From the NCBI RefSeq assembly GCF_006345805.1, contig NC_042997.1, positions 110,112,001-110,176,000 of the forward strand: a DNA stretch of 64,000 nucleotides, written 5' to 3'. The stretch is from Octopus sinensis (Eukaryota). Every line of letters begins with the position of its first letter. Position 1 is the first letter of the stretch. Positions 39,627 to 51,943 of this stretch are shown here, one piece after another. The notes below the pieces were generated by a model. That model ran no database searches. It was not told the origin of the DNA and saw only the letters and a list, made by a program, of their open reading frames with translations. The translations under genes and the position numbers were made by a program.

Positions 39627-40281
39627 GTACGTGTATGTGTATGTGTATGTGTATGTATATATATATATATATATATATACATGTGACTGTGTGTGTGTGT
39701 GTGTGTACATGCGCATATACACCTGCGAGTGTTTTAGCTTCTGGCTAAATGTTCCTATCTAAATTGTGATACTCTCTCCTAATTGACTGACTCAGTCTGC
39801 TGATTTGATATTTATTATCTGGAAGCCAGCAGAAAACAACATTTATTTCACTATTATTTTTGTTATTTGATCATTGCAAAGTTAATTATTTTCTCTCTAC
39901 ATGCTCTATTGTTAATTTGCTTATCGTTTATTAAGAGCTGTATCATTTTTTTAGATTTATATTCCATAGATGAAAAGCCCCATATTAGTTCGGTAAACTG
40001 AGATATGGAAGGGCTCATGCGTTTCCGAAGGGCTCAATTGAAATTGATTGAATCAGTAATCAAAAGCAGAGTTGTTGATATCTTTATAACCGGAAGTGGA
40101 AATAAACCTTCTGTTTACAACTTTACATCAAATTTGCGGGGCCGTGGGGCTGTGCGTCCATTTCATAAATTCAAGTTATTAATTGAACTCAAAACTTGTA
40201 ATGACACAGAGCATTTTATCAGGTGTTCCACAGATTCTACCGTCAAATATTATTATTATTATTATATTATTATTATTATTA

Positions 40282-40309
<28 letters not shown>

Positions 40310-40314
<5 letters not shown>

Positions 40315-40480
40315 ATAGTTCAAATTTATAGAAAAACAAAAGACGAAGACAGGTGTATGAACAAGAAGCAAGTGTACTAGTTTTACGCTCGGAAAATATG
40401 GAAAAGTCTTTTACGTTTCGAGCCTACGCTCTTCGACAGAAAGAAATAAGAAGAAATGAATAGAGAGAGAGAATGAAAAA
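40310..40480 (-). mobile_element. Family H short repeat with hammerhead variant (40408-40443)
   Basis: Minus strand CTTT-CTGTCGAA-GAGC GTAG GCTC-GAAACGT-A-AAAG; homologous to 7331-7527; follows (TAT)n. Confidence 0.75.
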
Positions 40481-40509
40481 GAAAAACGTGTAGAATTTAA
40501 AATGGATAG

Positions 40510-41200
40510 TCTTGAGATCTGGTGACAGATATTCTTCTCACAGCTCAAGAATCTTCCTTAGGGTTCTTACAGAATTTAGGGTGGTGCTTTTCTCCAGGTT
40601 GACAATGTAAGTCTCAATTCTAATCTTTTTTAGTCTTTTGGGTAGCATTTTTGGTATTGGTGCCAAGTGTACCAATTTCTACACGAATAATTGTTATCTT
40701 AGTCTTCCACATTCTCTTCGTCTCCCTGGTTAGGCCCTGATATCTCTAATTTTGCAATTTCTGTGGTATCCATTCTATTATCACACGGTATTGCAATAAA
40801 CTCAATTTTGTTTACTCATATCTGATCTTCTTCAATAGCATGGTCAGTCTTAATGGGGAAATTCTATAAAATCCTGTATTTTTTTTATGAGACTTCCCTA
40901 TTGGTTCTTATAACCTGGTCTCTTTTCTGCTTCAAAAGCAGGCTACAACCCATAGCCAAAGCTATCAAACAACCTTCTTGTCTTTTCCATTCCTTTCATC
41001 AATCTAGCCATCGAGTGCATTTTGTAATATTATAGCTGTTTCCAATTAGCAATCTCTTTGCAGTAGCTCCATTTCACAGCCCCTTCTATCTTCTCCATCC
41101 ATTTTGCAGTCCCCCATTGTCCCTATGCACCCCCAAAATCCCTTGTATGGTAATTAAACTTCTTTATTTCCCACAATGCAATTTCTATTTGTGTCAAACA
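40510..41200 (-). mobile_element. Heavily decayed R4/Dong-like non-LTR fragment
   Basis: Minus-strand pieces read like FIAIPCDN..EIAKL..MWKTKITIIRVEIGTLGT..RTLRKILEL, the RLE C-terminus pattern; many stops and frameshifts. Confidence 0.6.
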
Positions 41201-41250
41201 GACATGATGGGCCAATAGAGATAGGTATGTCTTATGAATTTTATCAACAA

Positions 41251-41414
41251 CGTAGGAGTGGCTGTGTGGTAAGTAGCTTGCTTACAAACCACATGGTTCC
41301 GGGTTCAGTCCCACTGCGTGGCACCTTGGGCAAGTGTCCTCTATTATAGCCACGGGCCGACCAAAGCCTTGTGAGTGGATTTGGTAGACGGAAACTAAAA
41401 GGAGTCCGTCGTCG

Positions 41415-41457
<43 letters not shown>

Positions 41458-41664
41458 ATGTTTGTATGTCTGTATTTGTCCCCTCAACATCGCTTGACAA
41501 CCGATTCTGGTGTGTTTACGTCCCCGTAAATTAGCGGTTCGTCAATAGAGACCGATAGAATAAGTACTAGGCTTACAAGGAATAAGTCCTGGGGTCGATT
41601 TGCTCGACTAAAGGCGGTGCTCCAGCATGGCCACAGTCAAATGAGTGAAACAAGTAAAAGAGTA
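41251..41664 (+). mobile_element. SINE family A (full length)
   Basis: Near-consensus head, body and tail. Confidence 0.92.
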
Positions 41665-41749
41665 ACAGTTAGGTCAAGTTTGTTGTGCTCTGTTTATCTG
41701 TTTGTATGGGAAAATTCCACAAGATTCGACACAACACAACGCAGACTGT

Positions 41750-41955
41750 TACCGCATTTTTCGGCATATAGTTCAAAGTAGTACATAGGGTAAACATGTA
41801 TTGTAAACATTCAAACATTTTCACTCGTTTCTTTCCAAATCTTCCAGCATTTTACAAAGAATTTCTGGTCAACGAAAGTCGTTTCGGTATATAAGTCGAC
41901 CTTTTTTTGGCTGTAAATTTGGGTTCGAAAATTCGATTTGTATGCTGAGATACAA
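41750..41955. mobile_element. Decayed pogo/Tigger-like MITE
   Basis: Left TACCGCATTTTTCGGCATATA, internal TTCGGTATATAAGTCGAC, right CGATTTGTATGCTGAGATAC (degenerate inverted end). Confidence 0.45.
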
Positions 41956-42622
41956 ACAGCAGAATATGACAGAAGTCTCTGCACCGTCGTCATACATTAT
42001 ACTAACACAAAAGATGCGACATGGAATCACGACAACCATACAACATGCACTCTTATACTAATGACACGCTACAGTACAATAACTAGATGACACAATTCTA
42101 GGTGACATCGAATTAAAGAACACAACCCACACAACATAATTATCCTTCATCGATGGTACCCCAAACTGTGGCAATTCACTTCGCTCGACACAAATGCCAC
42201 CCAATAAGATAACACATACACATACGCGCACACACACTATATGCAATACACTTGAGATTTTATACAAAAGCTCGTGTAATATATATATATATATATATAT
42301 AGATATATATATATATATATATATGATTATAATATAAGTGCATAAAACTGCACCGATTGCGAAATCACAGTGTGATATGCAGTTAAATTCTCTTTTTAAA
42401 TTGCTTGCTTCGAGAGTTGGTTTCGGTACGATGTGTTTATTTATTTTAGTAGTTTTGACTTTAAGAGTCCCTCATAGCGTGTGGCATCTATGTGTAATAG
42501 TGCCCTCTATATAATATAAATAAATATATTTAAGGAAAAAAACTGATGTTTTTTTTCTCTTATGAGGTTTTTTCCCGCTAACTACTTGATAAATTCTTAT
42601 GAAGATTTTATCCTATTTTTAA

Positions 42623-42700
<78 letters not shown>

Positions 42701-42709
42701 TATATAATA

Positions 42710-42752
<43 letters not shown>

Positions 42753-42763
42753 ATATATATTAT

Positions 42764-42815
<52 letters not shown>

Positions 42816-43053
42816 GACTCTACAGCATAGAGTGGCTCCATCAGTAAATCTTCCATTGTTATTTTTAAAGTCGCTTTGAATAAGAGTTTTTTAAAAAAAC
42901 GCACACACACAAATGCACAGATTCTCAAGTTTGTATATGGATATGAATGTGTATCTATATAAATTTCTTTCTCTGTCTGTCTGTCTGTCTTTGTCTATAT
43001 ATATATATATAATATATATATTACATATATATATATAATATATATAATATATA

Positions 43054-43125
<72 letters not shown>

Positions 43126-43397
43126 GAATTTTGATATGCATAAATAGATATTTGTATGCATATATGCCTTGTATAATAAGTGGCTCTCTCTCTCTCTATA
43201 TATAAATATATACACATATATACATATACAAAATGATATAGACATATATAAGTATACATATATATATATATATATATAGATATACATAAGTATATATACA
43301 TATTTATATATAAATATTTTCACTCACCCACCCACATACATACAAATATATATGTACACACACGCTCATATGTATTCCTATTCGTGTGTGTGTGTGT

Positions 43398-43448
<51 letters not shown>

Positions 43449-44067
43449 TGTTCGGTAATATCGACCAGAATCATTACCATAAAAGCAAGCAATCAATACC
43501 AATTGAATTCTTCTTCTTTCTGCTGTAAATATTCCTCCAAACTTCTTTACCATGTAAAATGCGAGTTGTTTTATCGTCTCAATGAATAAGTTGAAGTCTT
43601 AATGTTTTTTTCTGGCTTTCTCTTGTCTTTCATCATCAATTTTCCTGTTGATATTTAAAGAAAAACAACATAGATTTCTTTAAAATTTACTCCATAAATT
43701 AAGTTTATATAAATTATTCAGTTTGATTACATTTTTCTAATATTTATGTCTTCCTTTGAAGAATTGTCGTATTTAAACAAGCATAGATTCATGCTTTTGC
43801 ATATCTCTGCGTGTATGGAAATGGTAAACAGATATACAGGTAGACCGACAGACAGATAAACAGATTAAATAGACTGGCTAGGAGATGGGGGTTAACGAAC
43901 GGAAGTATGTATATGTGTGTGTGCGCGCGTGTGTGTGTGTGTGTGTTCATGTACATGTATACTAATAATACATACGGACGCAACACACATGCACACGCGT
44001 GCACACACATTTTTGCATACATTTACATACCCCTTAGTCTTTCAGCACCCCTCTTTCTCCCTCTCTC

Positions 44068-44139
<72 letters not shown>

Positions 44140-44337
44140 CTTGTCTCTTTATTTCGCTATATTAATATATAAGTATGATAAATATTTTTCGAATTTCTCA
44201 TCAATGGTGAAAGAATCGGTTTCTATCTTAGAAAAAAGTCTTTGTTTAAAATTGACAAATAAAGCAGACTTGTTTGTTGTATATATGTTTACCAATGTAT
44301 GTATGCACCCATGCATATATATATTTTCGAAAAAGAA

Positions 44338-44517
44338 TGGAAGGCCAGCGGTTCCAAAATCACAAAGTATGGAAGGACAGCATTGCAAAAATCACAAATT
44401 ATGGAAGGCCAGCAGTGCCAAAATCACAAAGTATGGAAGGCCAGTGGTGCCAAAATCACAAAGTATGGAAAGCCAGCGGTGTCCAAATCACAAAGTATGG
44501 AAAGCCAGCGGTGCCAA
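44338..44517. repeat. 32-bp minisatellite, about 5.6 copies
   Basis: TGGAAGGCCAGCGGTGCCAAAATCACAAAGTA units start at 44338, 44370, 44402, 44434, 44466 and 44498. Confidence 0.95.
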
Positions 44518-44842
44518 TTTTCGAAAAATTTTGGGTGAAAACTTTTGAAAAATTTTGGGGAAAATTTTCGAAAAATTTTTGGGGAAAATTTTCAGTTAAA
44601 ATTTTTTAAATATTTTTGGGGAAAATTTTCGGCAAAAACTTTCGGTGAAAATTTTCGAAAAATTTTTGGGGAAAATTTTCAGCTAAAATTTTAAAAAAAT
44701 TTTTGGGGAAAATTTTCGAAAAATTTTTTGGGAAAATTTTTCGCTTAAATTTTCGAAAAATTTTGGGGGAAAATTTTCAGTGAAAATTTTCGAAAAATTT
44801 TTATGGTAAGTTTTCGGTGAAAATTTTCGAAAAAATTTTGGG
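44518..44842. repeat. Array of palindromic AAAATTTT / TTTTCGAAAA units (about 12-bp period)
   Basis: Repeated gaaaattttcgaaaaatttt(t)gggg variants. Confidence 0.9.
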
Positions 44843-44860
44843 TATATATATATATATATA

Positions 44861-45036
44861 TCTTTATTTTCTCTCTTCATTTTCACTCCTTGTTTCTGTT
44901 TGTGTTCCTTTCTGAGGAAGAGCGTAGGCTTGAAACGTTAAAGATTTTTTCACTTCCCGAGCGTTATACTAATACATCTGTTTGCTGTCTACACCACCTG
45001 TCTTCGTCTTTTGTCTTTTTTTGCGAATTCTCCCTA
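44861..45036 (+). mobile_element. Family H short repeat with near-intact hammerhead (44908-44943)
   Basis: CTTT-CTGAGGAA-GAGC GTAG GCTT-GAAACGT-T-AAAG; reverse-complement homologue of 7331-7500; between (TA)n and (CA)n. Confidence 0.8.
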
Positions 45037-45102
45037 TACACACACACACACACGCACACACACACACACACATACACACACACACATATATATATATGAA
45101 TA

Positions 45103-45775
45103 TACACGATATGATGAAAAGTATCCGGATACCCACCTGATAATGAAGTACAAATTTGGGCTACCCTCCATCGAGAACACTGGCAGTCGATATGGTTTGG
45201 CCCACCCATAACCTTGATGGCAACCTCCACTCTCGTAGGCATAATTTCAATCAGGTGGCTGAAAGTTCCATAGGGAATGGCAGTCCATTCTTTGTGCAGC
45301 GCCGAAGTGCGCAAGGGTATCGGTATGGGTCGGTATGGTCTAGCACGAAGTCGGCGTTCCAAAACATCCCAGAGATGTTTGATAGAATTTAAATCAGGAT
45401 TCTGCACAGACCAGTCTGTTAGTGGGACGTTGTTGCCGTCAAGGTACTCTCCTACAACCGCTGTTGTATGGACGGGTAGTCGGTTGTGTTGGAAGCTGCA
45501 ATGGTCATCCCCGAACTGGTTTTTGACGGTAGGCAATATGAGAATGGTTAAAATGTCAGTGCAAACTTATGCCGTGACAGTGCAAACTTATGCCGTGACA
45601 GTGCAACAAGGGGGCCACGTAAAGCAACAAGGTGGGGGGAAAGACCCCTCCAGGAGGAAACACGACAATGCCATGACCCCCGCATCGCCGAATTTCGCAG
45701 TCGGCACTATACAGGCTGGTGTATATCGTTCACAACCACATTCGCCCTATCTGCACTCTACCATCGGATCTCCGA
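45103..45775 (-). mobile_element. Tc1 transposon 3' portion (transposase pseudogene)
   Basis: DGRVQIGRM..ERYTPACIVPTAKFG, FQHNRLPVH, QNPDLNSIKHLWDVLERRL, GGPN; terminus TA-CACGATATGATGAAAAGTATCCGGATAC; internal 21-bp tandem duplication at 45557-45606. Confidence 0.88.
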
Positions 45776-45924
45776 TCTCGAATTATCTCCGATTATATCT
45801 TCCCCATCATTGTAGATTCTTATGCTCGTCACCTCAGGATTATCCTTTCTACAGATTTCGTTATAAAATGTTTTAGCGACAACATCATCTTCATATGTAG
45901 GTAACACACACACACACATACACA

Positions 45925-45963
<39 letters not shown>

Positions 45964-45999
45964 ATATATAGTGAAGCCCCCCCAAAGAAGAACTAAACA

Positions 46000-46155
46000 C
46001 AAAAAAAAACAACAACGCGAGGACGTGGTACATGTAAAGTATTAGCAGACGCTCAGGGAAAGAAAGAAAGATGGTCTAACGTTTCGAGCAAAGCTCTTCT
46101 TCAGAAACAGAGGAAAGTCCAATAGAAAGGAAGATGGAGGAAGAAAATCGCCAGC
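46000..46155 (-). mobile_element. Family H-related short repeat with hammerhead (46074-46108)
   Basis: Minus strand GTTT-CTGAAGAA-GAGC TTT GCTC-GAAACGT-T-AGAC; same layout as family H; adjacent to (CA)n. Confidence 0.75.
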
Positions 46156-46259
46156 GATTCACAAAACTTGATTCAGTCATTAGACTGAAGCCATGCTGGG
46201 GCAACACGTTGAATACACTTTAGCTAATCGACCCCAGTACTTATCATCAGGTCATCCCA

Positions 46260-46640
46260 TAAGGTCTGTCCGAATTTTGAATAAAGAAAACAAGTGATCA
46301 AATGTTATATTTAATTGAAATTTAATAATCAATGTGCTTTCCCTGATTATCTATGACTTCCTTCCATCCATTTACAAGATTTTAAATCCCATCAATGTAA
46401 AACTCTTTTGGTTTCAAAGCAAGGAACTCTGAAATGTCAGTTTCGACCTCCACCCGGCTTGCGAAAGTTATGTCCCACAAATGATTCGGTAAACTACGAA
46501 ACAAATTGTAGACTGAAGGAGGAAGGTCGGGAGAATAAGGTGGATGAGGAATTTTTTCCCAACCAAGCTCTTCGATCTTCTGTGATGTTATCTTTGCAGT
46601 GTGGGGTCGAGCATTGTCCTGATGAAACATCACTCCTAAT
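46260..46640 (-). mobile_element. mariner transposon 3' fragment
   Basis: FHQDNARPH and HPPYSPDLPPS motifs; terminus TA-AGGTCTGTCCGAATTTTG. Confidence 0.9.
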
Positions 46641-46925
46641 ATGTTAGGCAACCTGCTATGGCTCTCCTCTTTTGTGTTAAAATGTACACTAATTTGTATA
46701 TGAAAAATATGTCTATTGACTTTGTATACTGGTAGAAAAAAATTCTATAATTTTTCCTACCCTATATTAATTTTAAGAAATGATTTTTGCAATTTCTGAA
46801 GTTTAATCGGAACTTTTATTTGCTGCCGATTGAATCTGCGCTTGCGCGGAGGATTTGAAAAATTATAATAAATAATGATGAGACATATGTTATTTGATCT
46901 CTAATTCATATGTTAATGATTTAGC

Positions 46926-47000
46926 GTATCTGCTGATGAGAACTTCGCCTTACAAATTATTTTATTTGCTAATTAAAGTTCGAAACCTGAGGTCTGGCTG
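46926..47000 (+). ncRNA. Type I hammerhead motif with canonical core and GUC site
   Basis: CTGATGA(46933)-GAACTT[30 nt]AAGTTC-GAAA-CC TGA GG-T-C(46994); stem I weak (G.U, U.G, C-G). Confidence 0.65.
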
Positions 47001-47131
47001 TAAAACATGGTAAACGTTTTTGTTTTTCATTCCCTTCGAAATTGCTCTTAACTGTGTTTGGGACTTTTCGATTGTTCTTTCTAGTATGTTAGGTAACCTG
47101 TAAGGCTCGATCTCTTGTGTTCAAATGTACA

Positions 47132-47278
<147 letters not shown>

Positions 47279-48012
47279 GTTTAAATATTTGTTGTGCAAG
47301 ATTTTTTTATGTGAAGTCGTGTGTTGAAACAGATATTGTTATATTTCGGAATGGTCATATTGCCAGTTTAGCCAATAAAAACACACGCACTATATATTTG
47401 GTGTTATTTTGCTTCAGTGATATTTATTTTTTACATTAATCTTAATCTTATTTCGGCCAAAGTCTTTCGTCACACTCCTGTGACCGCATCAGTGGTCCTT
47501 TGTTTTCTTCTCACTTACTTGTGTCTCTCCTTACTAATCCGTCAGCCATTTGTATTTCTATTGTATGTCTTCATTTGCGCATGCTTATATCTCTATGTGC
47601 GTCTATGTTTATTTAGTGTGTGTGTGGGGGGGATGCCTGTAATATTTGTATCTTCTGGTTATATACATCTTGTAATTTGTATTTTGTTTTTGTTGTTGTT
47701 GCTTTTGTTCTAATTTTGTTCATGTGTTTACATCCACCCATTATTATCATTACATATGCTTGTTGTATGTATGTATAACAACAATATTAGTAATAATAAT
47801 AATAAATCTAATCGAAAAAAAATAAATAAATAAATAATAAAAGAATATACATATATATATACATACATATACACATATATATATATACATATATACACAC
47901 ATATATACACATATACATATACACATATATACACATATACATATATATAGATATTCATTTTATTTCTTTCATTACCTGTGTATTTATTATGTTTGCAGGA
48001 TCCACCATTGTC

Positions 48013-51000
48013 ATATGTTGTGTGTGCGCTATTGCTCCATTCTAGTTTTCTATTCAGGCTAGGTTTATTCTATTATATGTGTAGCTTCTGTAATTTGTCT
48101 AATTGTTGCATCTGTTCTATGTGTGGACAATATCTTAATCTCTATGTTATTGATTGATGATCCCCGTGTTCTTGTTCGGCGTTGTTGGTACAGAATCGAT
48201 GCGCTTTTACCTTCCTTGAGTTGTCTCCAATGTTCATTCACCCGCTCACCAATGCTTCTTGCAGTTTCCCCTACGTATGTTACTGTCTTGTTACTGCATC
48301 GTCCCTCTATACATCTTATACTATAGACCACATTTCTGGCTTTACAGTTCGTTTGTGGGCTAAATCTACATACAGTGCAATAGTTATCCGTACAGAGAGT
48401 TCTACTAAAAGGATAGCTTCTACCAATTATAGATCTGATAGGGTTGCCTGGCTTTTCAACAACCATAATTCTTAGTTTAAGTTTATCTAGGGTCCTTCTA
48501 AAGCGGTACGCTAGTTCACCTCAAGGGGTGGTATCAACGAACATGACACTCTGGTATTTATGGCTATCATAACAAGAGTTGGCCTTCCCTATTTTCTTTT
48601 TTGTCCTTTCTATAGTGTTCCATGACTTGTTCCTATAGAGTGGGCAAATCCCATTCCTATCATTACATAATATATTATCAAATTTCTTCATGGCTCCTTT
48701 GTATACTCTGATCCTTTCTTTATGGCTGTAACCTGAGAACTGCATGCGGTGAATGAAATACTGTATGTGTCTCTTTAATTCTGTAGGCTCGCACATGCGT
48801 GACACATTTCTCATTATTCTGACGAGGTCTGCCATCAAAATATTGAATTTGGCATTGTCCGCAATGGCTGAGTTCCGGTGGATCAGTATTTTGAGGCATA
48901 GGTTTTGCATAGTATGAATGAAGGATTTGGGTTTTATTTTTCACAATTTCTAGCCAGAGTTCAGTGTCTAGTACTGGTAGTCTATGGTTGGGGGGTTTAG
49001 TGGGGTAGTCTATTGTGACCTTAATACTCTGGTGGATGGAGTTAGCTATTTGCTGGATGCTCTCCATAGTATTAGTTTCTATTACTATATCAACAGTACT
49101 TCTTGTGGTGGCCTTTACTACTATATTGATATCATCAACATAGCGAGAGTACATGTTTACGAGTATGGATTTCTGCAGTAGGCATTCTTTAAGCCTTCTG
49201 TCCCACCATACCATGAAGAGGTTGGCCACATCACCAGCGATACTAACACCGATGGTTGCCCCCTCGTCCTGGGCATATATTTTATTATAAATTTAAATGT
49301 GTGGCTTTTAGGGTAACTCTTATACTAGCTCCTAGTGCATGTGCGATCATTTTCTTTACCTGATGGACATTTGCGGGGCTCCGTATGGCTCTGGTCCATC
49401 CGCGCCATCTTTCTATATGTGTCTTCCTAGCCATAGAAGTAATTGTAGGCGGTCTACCTCTTAAACATCTACTGGGGCAGAAACTACTAAGATTATGTTT
49501 ATCTAAGTATTCACTATTATATGTCAGTCTAAGTAGGAGGCCCAGTTCTTCTGTGTCGACATTACAGAACTCCACCTGGCTCTCGTTGATCATCTCCACG
49601 CACTTCTCCACTGCAAAATCTACGTCAATCGATGGGTATAGGGATACCACATCCATGCTACCTACTATATACATCCTGTCAAGTCACAAGTTTTGTTACA
49701 GTCACTGATCCTGCTTAGGAGATCTTCTGTGCTGTCACACACATCAGGTGACATCCTGATTATAGGGCGTATGATCATTGAGAGGGAAGTAGGAGATTCT
49801 GTAATTGCTAGCGATATTCGCTCCACAGACTGGTCTTGTTGGTGGTCCTGCTATAGGGTCAGTAAAACCTTTATGGTCCTTGCGAAGTCCATACAGTGCC
49901 GGGATATCATTGTTCCAGGCTTGAAATTCTTTGCAGTACGTTTCTGAGGTCCCAGAACAATTGTCCACATCATCATGTGGGCATTGAGGACCTTTTCTCT
50001 CTCCTCATGCGCCTGTACAGTTGTTACTTTTGTATTGGCGATATGAGGTTGCATTGCCTGGATGTAGTTCGGTAAGCTGTCTATTGACATCCTGCCGGAC
50101 TTATCCGTGGGAAGGCATATCACCTCTCCGTTCCTCGTGCGCTGAATGAGCTTCTGTAGGCCACATGCAGGTTTAATCCCTAGTTGTTGGGCATCTGTCT
50201 TATTCTGTCTCTGTCTCTTAATGTATAATCCTAAAATCTGTCTAAGTTTGGTCCTAGCTATAGTGAACTGTGCTTCCATGTGGTCATTAGTATGTCTTGG
50301 GATGTATACTCTTTTGTTGAAGGGTAATGTTGTTGGATAAATTCGGTTCATGCAGTAAGTTTTGTCGCATACGTTGAAGAATTGAGTGTCAAAGGGATGG
50401 GTATACATGTCAATGGTCTCTCTAGGGTTATCTTCATTATCGTTACTGTTTCCAACATCAGCCTTCCTATTATTATTATCACCATTACCACTACTACTAC
50501 TACTAGTATTCCTATTACCACCACAATTATCACTACTATCCTCATTACTACTTCTACTGTTACCATCACCACTACTACTACCACTATTATTGTTATTACC
50601 TTTATTCCTACCATTGCCATTATTACTATCATCGCTAGTGATATTCTCATTGTTCCTGTTTCTGGTATATGTGTTGTTTATATTAGTGTTGGGTTTTATG
50701 TCTGTCTGTTGGTCCTTGTCAATCCCCCTGTTGCGGTCGTTATTTTTGTTCCTATGAGTATTGTATCTGGATACTTCTGCTTTACTTCCTTTGCGAGCTC
50801 ATATTGACGTTTCTGTTTCAACCACGATAACTTCCTCTTAAAATGGATATTGCATTGGTGTATTACATGTCTGTTTTCTTCATATATTATATCCATTATT
50901 AAGGTTTTCTCCTTTCGTGTGGTGATACTTTTAATTTCTTTTAAAAATATACGTTTACGCTTCTCTTGTTCGCTCAGCTCTCTGTATATTCTATTTCTAA

Positions 51001-51289
51001 TATTTACCATTAGCGTCCTTTTTAGTCTTTCCGCTTGTCCGTTAGTGAGGTCAAGCCGTTTAACGTTGGCTGTGACCTTGTTGATACATATCCTGGACGA
51101 GACACATTGTTTTATAAAACGAAGCTGTTGCGTTGTCACAGTTTTCTTTAGGCAACAAAATATAGTGTTCTTCAGCATCTTGCAAGCCTGGCTGTGGCTC
51201 ACGTTAGTACGTTTAAATATTTGTTGTGCAAGATTTTTTATGTGAAGTCGTGTGTTGAAACAGATATTGTTATATTTCGGAATGGTCAT
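48013..51289 (-). pseudogene. PLE1 full-length ORF (RT + GIY-YIG) broken by several frameshifts
   Basis: ORF pieces 50696-51289, 49851-50408, 49744-49968, 49285-49674, 48720-49229, 48521-48910, 48065-48466; motifs GLRKDHK, SMDVVSLYPSI, RYVDD, VVYSIRC..YVGET. Confidence 0.9.
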
Positions 51290-51943
51290 ATTGCCAGTTT
51301 AGCCAATAAAAACACACGCACTATATATTTGGTGTTATTTTGCTTCAGTGATATTTATTTTTTACATTAATCTTAATCTTATTTCGGCCAAAGTTCTTTC
51401 GTCACACTCCTGTGACCGCATCAGTGGTCCTTTGTTTTCTTCTCACTTACTTGTGTCTCTCCTTACTATCCGTCAGCCATTTTGTATTTCTATTGTATGT
51501 CTTCATTTGCGCATGCTTATATCTCTATGTGCGTCTATGTTTATTTAGTGTGTGTGTGGGGGGGATGCCTGTAATATTTTGTATCTTCTGGTTATATACA
51601 TTCTTGTAATTTGTATTTTGTTTTTGTTGTTGTTGCTTTTGTTCTAATTTTGTTCATGTGTTTACATCCACCCATTATTATCATTACATATGCTTGTATG
51701 TATGTATAACAACAATATTAGTAATAATAATAATAAATCTAATCGAAAAAAAAAAAATAAATAAATAATAAAAAGAATATACATATATATATACATACAT
51801 ATACACATATATATATATACATATATACACACATATATACACATATACATATACACATATATACACATATACATATATATAGATATTCATTTTTATTTCT
51901 TTCATTACCTGTGTATTTATTATGTTTGCAGGATCCACCATTG

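Noticed and set aside
44338-44517. 32-bp repeats of CRISPR-like length
   Set aside because: Units are contiguous with no unique spacers, no cas genes are present and the context is eukaryotic.
45780-45900. Minus-strand peptide TYEDDVVAKTFYNEI..IIGDN resembling an APE endonuclease segment
   Set aside because: Too short and divergent to support by eye.
46610-46630. CTGATGAAAC resembling a hammerhead core
   Set aside because: It is the antisense of the mariner FHQD codons and has no stems.
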